From an uncultured Methanosarcinales archaeon (GTDB taxonomy: Archaea > Nanobdellota > Nanobdellia > Woesearchaeales > JABMPP01): DNA of 40,423 bases. Shown in pieces: positions 35,690 to 40,423 of this stretch. A model generated the notes under the pieces. It was not told the DNA's origin and did not search any database. It saw nothing but the letters and a program-made list of their open reading frames with translations. The stretch's first letter is position 1. Each line of letters starts with the position of its first letter. Location of the stretch: assembly GCA_964604995.1 (NCBI GenBank), contig CAZSAD010000002.1, positions 1-40,423 of the forward strand. The letters are read 5' to 3'. Both the position numbers and the translations under genes were made by a program.

Positions 35690-37165
35690 ATGCAGCACAT
35701 TAAAAAATTGAAAAATTGCAATTTGAACACTAAAAAATATGATGCAAACAATATTTTATTGTTTGGGGTAGCTGGAAATCCTATTTTACACAGTCTTAGT
35801 CCTAATATACACAATGCTGCATTTAATAGTTTAGGTATAAATGCTATTTACTTAAAATTCCTTGGAGAAAATTTTAATCAGATTTTAGAAATGGCAAGGG
35901 AAATGGAAGTTAAAGCTTTGAATGTTACTTCACCTTTCAAACAAGATGCATGGAATGTTGCAAAAGAACATGACAAATTTTCAAATACATTGCATGCTAC
36001 TAATCTACTTATTTGGAAAAATAATCATTGGCAAGGGTATAACACCGATGTAGTAGGAATTGAAAAAACATTTGTAAATAATAATATTAATTTAAGTGGT
36101 AAAAATTTACTTCTCATTGGAACAGGCGGAGCAGCTAAAGCTGTTGCATATATTTTAACTAAGGGAAAAGCAAATGTCACAATCATCAACAGAACAGAAA
36201 CTAAAGCACTAAAGTTAGCAAAACAATTTTCATGTAATTATGCAAAATTAACACAGAAAACTTTAGAAAAATTGTTGTCTAAATCAGATATTGTTGTATC
36301 TTGCATTTCAACTAATAATTTACTAATATCTAAATCAAGTTTGAATACTAATCAAATTATTTTTCAGGCAGATTATGTAACTGATACAGCATTACTTAAA
36401 ATTGCTAGAATAAAAAAATGTAAAATTTTAGATGGAAAAGAATGGTTACTTTACCAAGGTTTGGAATCATTTAAATTATTTTCAAAAATAAAACACACAT
36501 TACAACCTAAGGATATATTGCAATCTATGAAAAAGGCAGTATTTCAAAATAAAAATGGAAATATTAACAAGAAGAAAAATGATAATATCTGTCTTATTGG
36601 AATGATGGGTTGTGGTAAAAGTACAGTTGCAAAACAATTATCAAAATTACTCAAGAGAAAATTTGTTGATATTGATTTGGAAATTCAGAAAAGGTCAAAA
36701 CAAAGTATCTCGAATATTTTTTTAAAAAAAGGTGAAACATATTTTCGTAAATTAGAATCCAAAATAATTAAAGAAACTTTAAATAAAAAAAATCAAGTTA
36801 TTGCAACTGGTGGTGGGATAGTTCTTTTGGAAAAGAACATTTCAGAAATGAAAAAACAATCAACTGTAATTTGGTTATGGGCAAAAAATGAGGAAATTTT
36901 GTTAAGAATCAATGATGAAAAAAATAGACCTTTACTTCAAGAATTTAATCAAGAACTTAATAACGACCCTAATCATAAACAAAAATTAAACAGACAAAAA
37001 CTAAATAAAATTTCAAATTTAATTTTGGAAGAAAAAATTAGAATGATTGAAAAAAACAGAAGATCATTATATGTACATACAGCTGATTTAGTTATCAATA
37101 CTACAAATATTAAACCTACAAAAATTGCAAGGATGATTGCAAATGAAATTCATAAAACCCTCTAA
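35690..37165 (+). CDS. aroE: Fused shikimate dehydrogenase / shikimate kinase (AroE-AroK)
   Basis: GNPILHSLSP, NVTSPFK, GYNTD, GTGGAA, NRT; C-terminal LIGMMGCGKST, GETYFRKLE, ATGGG, RPLL. Confidence 0.92.
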   Translation: MQHIKKLKNCNLNTKKYDANNILLFGVAGNPILHSLSPNIHNAAFNSLGINAIYLKFLGENFNQILEMAREMEVKALNVTSPFKQDAWNVAKEHDKFSNTLHATNLLIWKNNHWQGYNTDVVGIEKTFVNNNINLSGKNLLLIGTGGAAKAVAYILTKGKANVTIINRTETKALKLAKQFSCNYAKLTQKTLEKLLSKSDIVVSCISTNNLLISKSSLNTNQIIFQADYVTDTALLKIARIKKCKILDGKEWLLYQGLESFKLFSKIKHTLQPKDILQSMKKAVFQNKNGNINKKKNDNICLIGMMGCGKSTVAKQLSKLLKRKFVDIDLEIQKRSKQSISNIFLKKGETYFRKLESKIIKETLNKKNQVIATGGGIVLLEKNISEMKKQSTVIWLWAKNEEILLRINDEKNRPLLQEFNQELNNDPNHKQKLNRQKLNKISNLILEEKIRMIEKNRRSLYVHTADLVINTTNIKPTKIARMIANEIHKTL

Positions 37166-38423
37166 AATCAATGGAACTGTAATTGCTCCATCATCAAAAA
37201 GTCATTTACAAAGAGCTATTGCTTTATCGATGTTAGCTAAAGGAAAATCAAAATTATATAATGTTACACTTTGTAATGATTCACTTGCAATGTTAAATGT
37301 GGCTTTAGCTTTAGGCGCAGTAATTACTAAAAATGGTTCTATTGTTGAAATAAATGGGATAAAAAATGTTCCTGTCACAAATCAAGTTACAATTTTGAAC
37401 TGTAATGAATCAGGACTTTGCATGCGAATGATTGCTCCAATTTCAAGTTTATTTGAAAGAAAAATAAAAATTATTGGAAAAAATAGTTTAACTAAAAGAC
37501 CAGTTGGAAATATAGATAAAACTCTTATTTTACTTGGAGCAGAATGCAAAACAAATAAAGATTTTTTACCTATTGAATTGAAAGGTCCAATTGATGGTGG
37601 AATAATTAATGTTGATGGTTCATTAACTTCACAGTTTATATCTGGTTTAATGATTTCACTTCCACTGTGCAAAAATGATAGTTTAATTAAGATTAGTACT
37701 CCTAAAAGTAAACCTTATCTTCAACTAACTATTAGTACCATGGCAAAATTTGGAGTGAATGCAAAATCAAATAAAAATTTTACAGAAATAAAAATTAAAG
37801 GCGGACAAAAATATAATCCCTCACAAATTCAAATCGAAGGGGATTGGTCAGGTGCATCATTTTTAGCAGTTGCAGGTGCATTAAAAGGTAAAGTTGAAAT
37901 TCACAATTTGGATTTCAATTCAAATCAAGCAGACAAAGAAATTATTACAGCATTACGTTTGGCAGGATCAAAAATTATAATAAATAAAAAAAATAGCAAA
38001 TCAATAATCATTGAAAAAAATCAGTTGAATGGGTTTAAATTTGACGCAACTAATTGTCCTGATTTATTTTTACCACTTGCAGCATTAGCATCAGGTTGCA
38101 AAGGAAAGAGCGTAATAAAAGGGGTTAGTAGATTGAAACATAAAGAAAGCGATAGGGGTTTAGCACTTGTTTTAGAATTTAGAAAAATGGGAATAGATAT
38201 CAATATTTCAAATGATGATTTGATAATAAACAATAACAATAATGCTATTCAAGGTGGAGAAGTCAAAAGTCATAATGACCATAGAATAGCAATGGCATGT
38301 GCAATAGTAGGTATCAACTCAAAAAAAGGAGTAAAAATTCATGGTGAAAAAAGTGTTGAAAAATCATTTCCTGAATTTTTCAAACAACTTGAAGTATTAA
38401 TGGAACATAATTACAAAAATTAA
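37143..38423 (+). CDS. aroA: EPSP synthase
   Basis: PSSKSH, NESGLCMR, TSQFISGL, EGDWSGASF, CPDL, KESDR, DHRIAMA, KSFPEF; ATG at 37143. Confidence 0.95.
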   Translation: MKFIKPSKINGTVIAPSSKSHLQRAIALSMLAKGKSKLYNVTLCNDSLAMLNVALALGAVITKNGSIVEINGIKNVPVTNQVTILNCNESGLCMRMIAPISSLFERKIKIIGKNSLTKRPVGNIDKTLILLGAECKTNKDFLPIELKGPIDGGIINVDGSLTSQFISGLMISLPLCKNDSLIKISTPKSKPYLQLTISTMAKFGVNAKSNKNFTEIKIKGGQKYNPSQIQIEGDWSGASFLAVAGALKGKVEIHNLDFNSNQADKEIITALRLAGSKIIINKKNSKSIIIEKNQLNGFKFDATNCPDLFLPLAALASGCKGKSVIKGVSRLKHKESDRGLALVLEFRKMGIDINISNDDLIINNNNNAIQGGEVKSHNDHRIAMACAIVGINSKKGVKIHGEKSVEKSFPEFFKQLEVLMEHNYKN

Positions 38424-38470
38424 GAAAATTTGCAAAAATTACAAATTAATAAACTTTGGAGGCTAAAATC

Positions 38471-39478
38471 ATGAACAGTTTTGGAAGGTTGTTTAGGATT
38501 AGTATTTTTGGAGAATCACATGGCACAGGTACTGGGATTTTGATAGATGGTTGTTCATCAGGGCTTGAAATTAATGAAACGGATTTTGAATTAGATTTAT
38601 CTAAAAGAAAACCTGGGAAAAAAGGTACAACAACAAGAATTGAAAAAGATATCCCTAAAATATTAAGTGGTGTTTTAAATTCTAAAAGTACCGGTGCTCC
38701 TATTTTAATTATGTTTGAAAATAATAATACGGATTCATCAGTTTACAACTCATTTTCAACAGTGCCAAGGCCAGGTCATGCAGACTTTGTTTCAATGCAA
38801 AAGTTTGGTGGATTTAGCGATCTTCGTGGAGGAGGACATTTTTCAGGTAGACTTACACTTGCAATAGTTGCAGCTGGAGTAATAGCAAAAAAATTATTGA
38901 ATTTATCAAATAAAATATCAATCTTCGCAACACTTACTCAAATTGGTGGTTCAATAAATATTGATGAAAAAATCCAAGAATGCATAAAAGAAGGAGATTC
39001 AGTTGGTGGAATAATTGAATGTAAGATTGTAGGATTGCCTATTGGATTAGGTGAACCTTTCTTTGATTCATTAGAATCACTTCTAAGCCATGCAATTTTT
39101 TCTATACCCGCAATCAAAGGAATAGAGTTTGGCTCAGGATTCAAAGGAGCGACCATGAAAGGAAGCGAAAATAATGATTTAATTACTGATGCATCTGGAA
39201 AAACATTAACCAATAATTCAGGCGGAATAAATGGGGGCATTAGTAATGGCAATGATTTAGTTTTTCGCTTGGCAGTTAAGCCAACATCTAGCATTTCAAA
39301 ATCTCAAACAAGCATTGATTTAACTACAAATTCCAAAGTTGAATTAAATGTGAAAGGAAGACATGATGTATGTATTGCACTTCGAATGCCAATTATTGTT
39401 GAAGCAATGGTAGCAATTGTTTTAGCTGATACAATGCTAATTGAGCAAAAAATTAGAAGAGTTATCAATTCAAAATAA
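38471..39478 (+). CDS. aroC: Chorismate synthase
   Basis: FGESHG, RPGHAD, GGGHFSGRLT, GDSVGG, NNSGGINGGISNG, KPTSSI, GRHDVC; ATG at 38471 after GGAGG. Confidence 0.96.
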   Translation: MNSFGRLFRISIFGESHGTGTGILIDGCSSGLEINETDFELDLSKRKPGKKGTTTRIEKDIPKILSGVLNSKSTGAPILIMFENNNTDSSVYNSFSTVPRPGHADFVSMQKFGGFSDLRGGGHFSGRLTLAIVAAGVIAKKLLNLSNKISIFATLTQIGGSINIDEKIQECIKEGDSVGGIIECKIVGLPIGLGEPFFDSLESLLSHAIFSIPAIKGIEFGSGFKGATMKGSENNDLITDASGKTLTNNSGGINGGISNGNDLVFRLAVKPTSSISKSQTSIDLTTNSKVELNVKGRHDVCIALRMPIIVEAMVAIVLADTMLIEQKIRRVINSK

Positions 39479-39554
39479 TTCAAACTAACTAAAAATAATT
39501 TGGGGTAATTAATTTGATTTAATTTGACTTAATAATCTATGAAAGGTGGTATAA

Positions 39555-40423
39555 ATGGAAATAACTAAACTAAGAAAACAAATTGATGTTATTGACAAAG
39601 ACATTGTTATAAATTTGAAAAAAAGAATGGAACTTGCAGTAATGACAAAAAAATTCAAAGATGCTATTGATGATCCTAAAAGGGATGCAGAAGTATTATC
39701 CAATGTAAAAACCAAAAATAATATCCCTGATTTTAATTTAGCATTAACTAAAATTTATCAAAGTATTATTCAAGAGTCTAAAAATTTACAATCTAAAAAT
39801 TTAGAATTAATAGGATTTCAAGGGGAATATGGTGCATATAGTGAAGGTGCTGGAAAAATGTACAATGATGGTGCGCTTATGATAGCACTTACTGATTTTA
39901 CAGACATATTCAATTATCTTGAAGCAGGACTTATTGATAAAGGAATAGTTCCACTTGAGAACTCTGTTGAAGGTGCTATTGATGCAGTTACACAACTTTT
40001 AATTTCAAGAAATATGCACATTATTGGGGAAATTATAATTCCAATACATCATAGCTTACTTGCAGTAAAAGATGTAGATTTACACGATATCAAAGAAGTT
40101 TATTCTCATCCTCAAGCGCTTGGTCAGTGCCACGGATTTATAGAAAGAAATAAGTTGTTACCAAGGAAATATTATGATACTGCAGGTTCAGCATTGATGG
40201 TATCTAAATCTGGGTTAAATAATATGGCAGCAATTGCAAGTAGTGATTGTGCCAATATATATGGGTTAGAAATCATCAAAGAAAATATTGAAGATATTTC
40301 AACAAATGCAACAAGGTTTGTTGTAATTTCAAAAAATCTAAATTCAGAAGGTAACAAAGTTTCAGTAGTATTTAGTGCAGAACACAAAGCTGGAAGCTTA
40401 TTTAATATTTTGAAATTATTTTT
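39555..40423 (+). CDS. pheA: Bifunctional chorismate mutase / prephenate dehydratase, partial (runs off right edge)
   Basis: Manual translation from ATG 39555 (SD AGGTGG): MEITKLRKQIDVID (AroQ-like), FQGEYGAYSE, PLENSVEG, VYSHPQALGQC, NATRF, start of ACT domain. Confidence 0.93.
   Translation, partial: MEITKLRKQIDVIDKDIVINLKKRMELAVMTKKFKDAIDDPKRDAEVLSNVKTKNNIPDFNLALTKIYQSIIQESKNLQSKNLELIGFQGEYGAYSEGAGKMYNDGALMIALTDFTDIFNYLEAGLIDKGIVPLENSVEGAIDAVTQLLISRNMHIIGEIIIPIHHSLLAVKDVDLHDIKEVYSHPQALGQCHGFIERNKLLPRKYYDTAGSALMVSKSGLNNMAAIASSDCANIYGLEIIKENIEDISTNATRFVVISKNLNSEGNKVSVVFSAEHKAGSLFNILKLF

Noticed and set aside
3272..40387. Many 60-220 aa ORFs antisense or nested in larger genes (e.g. 10611-11168, 13569-14231, 24863-25207, 38938-39294, 40172-40387)
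   Set aside because: They are shadows of well-supported genes, with no motifs or start signals
1..40423. CRISPR array, rRNA, integrase or transposase genes
   Set aside because: No regularly spaced repeats, rRNA-like tracts or recombinase/transposase motifs were seen

Overview
AT-rich archaeal chromosomal segment. PCNA, archaeal RNase J, CCA-less tRNAs, TATA/BRE promoters and leaderless first genes point to a DPANN (Woesearchaeota-like) organism; that assignment is an inference. Contents: a free-standing LAGLIDADG endonuclease coupled to transaldolase, a family B DNA polymerase with a PIP box, a CPA2 antiporter, two MacB/LolD-type ABC systems, an HD hydrolase-PCNA pair, RNase J, a frameshifted degenerate LAGLIDADG protein, a divergent Fur/Zur-ZIP-His-rich lipoprotein module with a Fur-like box, a U32 (RlhA-like) protein, tRNA-Leu(CAG) and tRNA-Leu(CAA), a glycosyltransferase/DedA cluster, a CX8CX2C radical SAM protein, upp, and a complete bacterial-style shikimate operon (DAHPS-aroB-aroD-aroE/K-aroA-aroC-pheA, running off the right edge). 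The main signal is absent from the ORF track. The aro operon is preceded by a TATA-driven, leaderless 23-codon ORF ending in FYFYSFSFYY, followed by hairpins and U-tracts, which fits a Phe/Tyr-sensing leader-peptide attenuator in an archaeon. A second leaderless micro-ORF with the same promoter geometry, ending in HHH, precedes the radical SAM gene. Several single-base frameshifts in short homopolymers may be assembly errors and need read-level checking.
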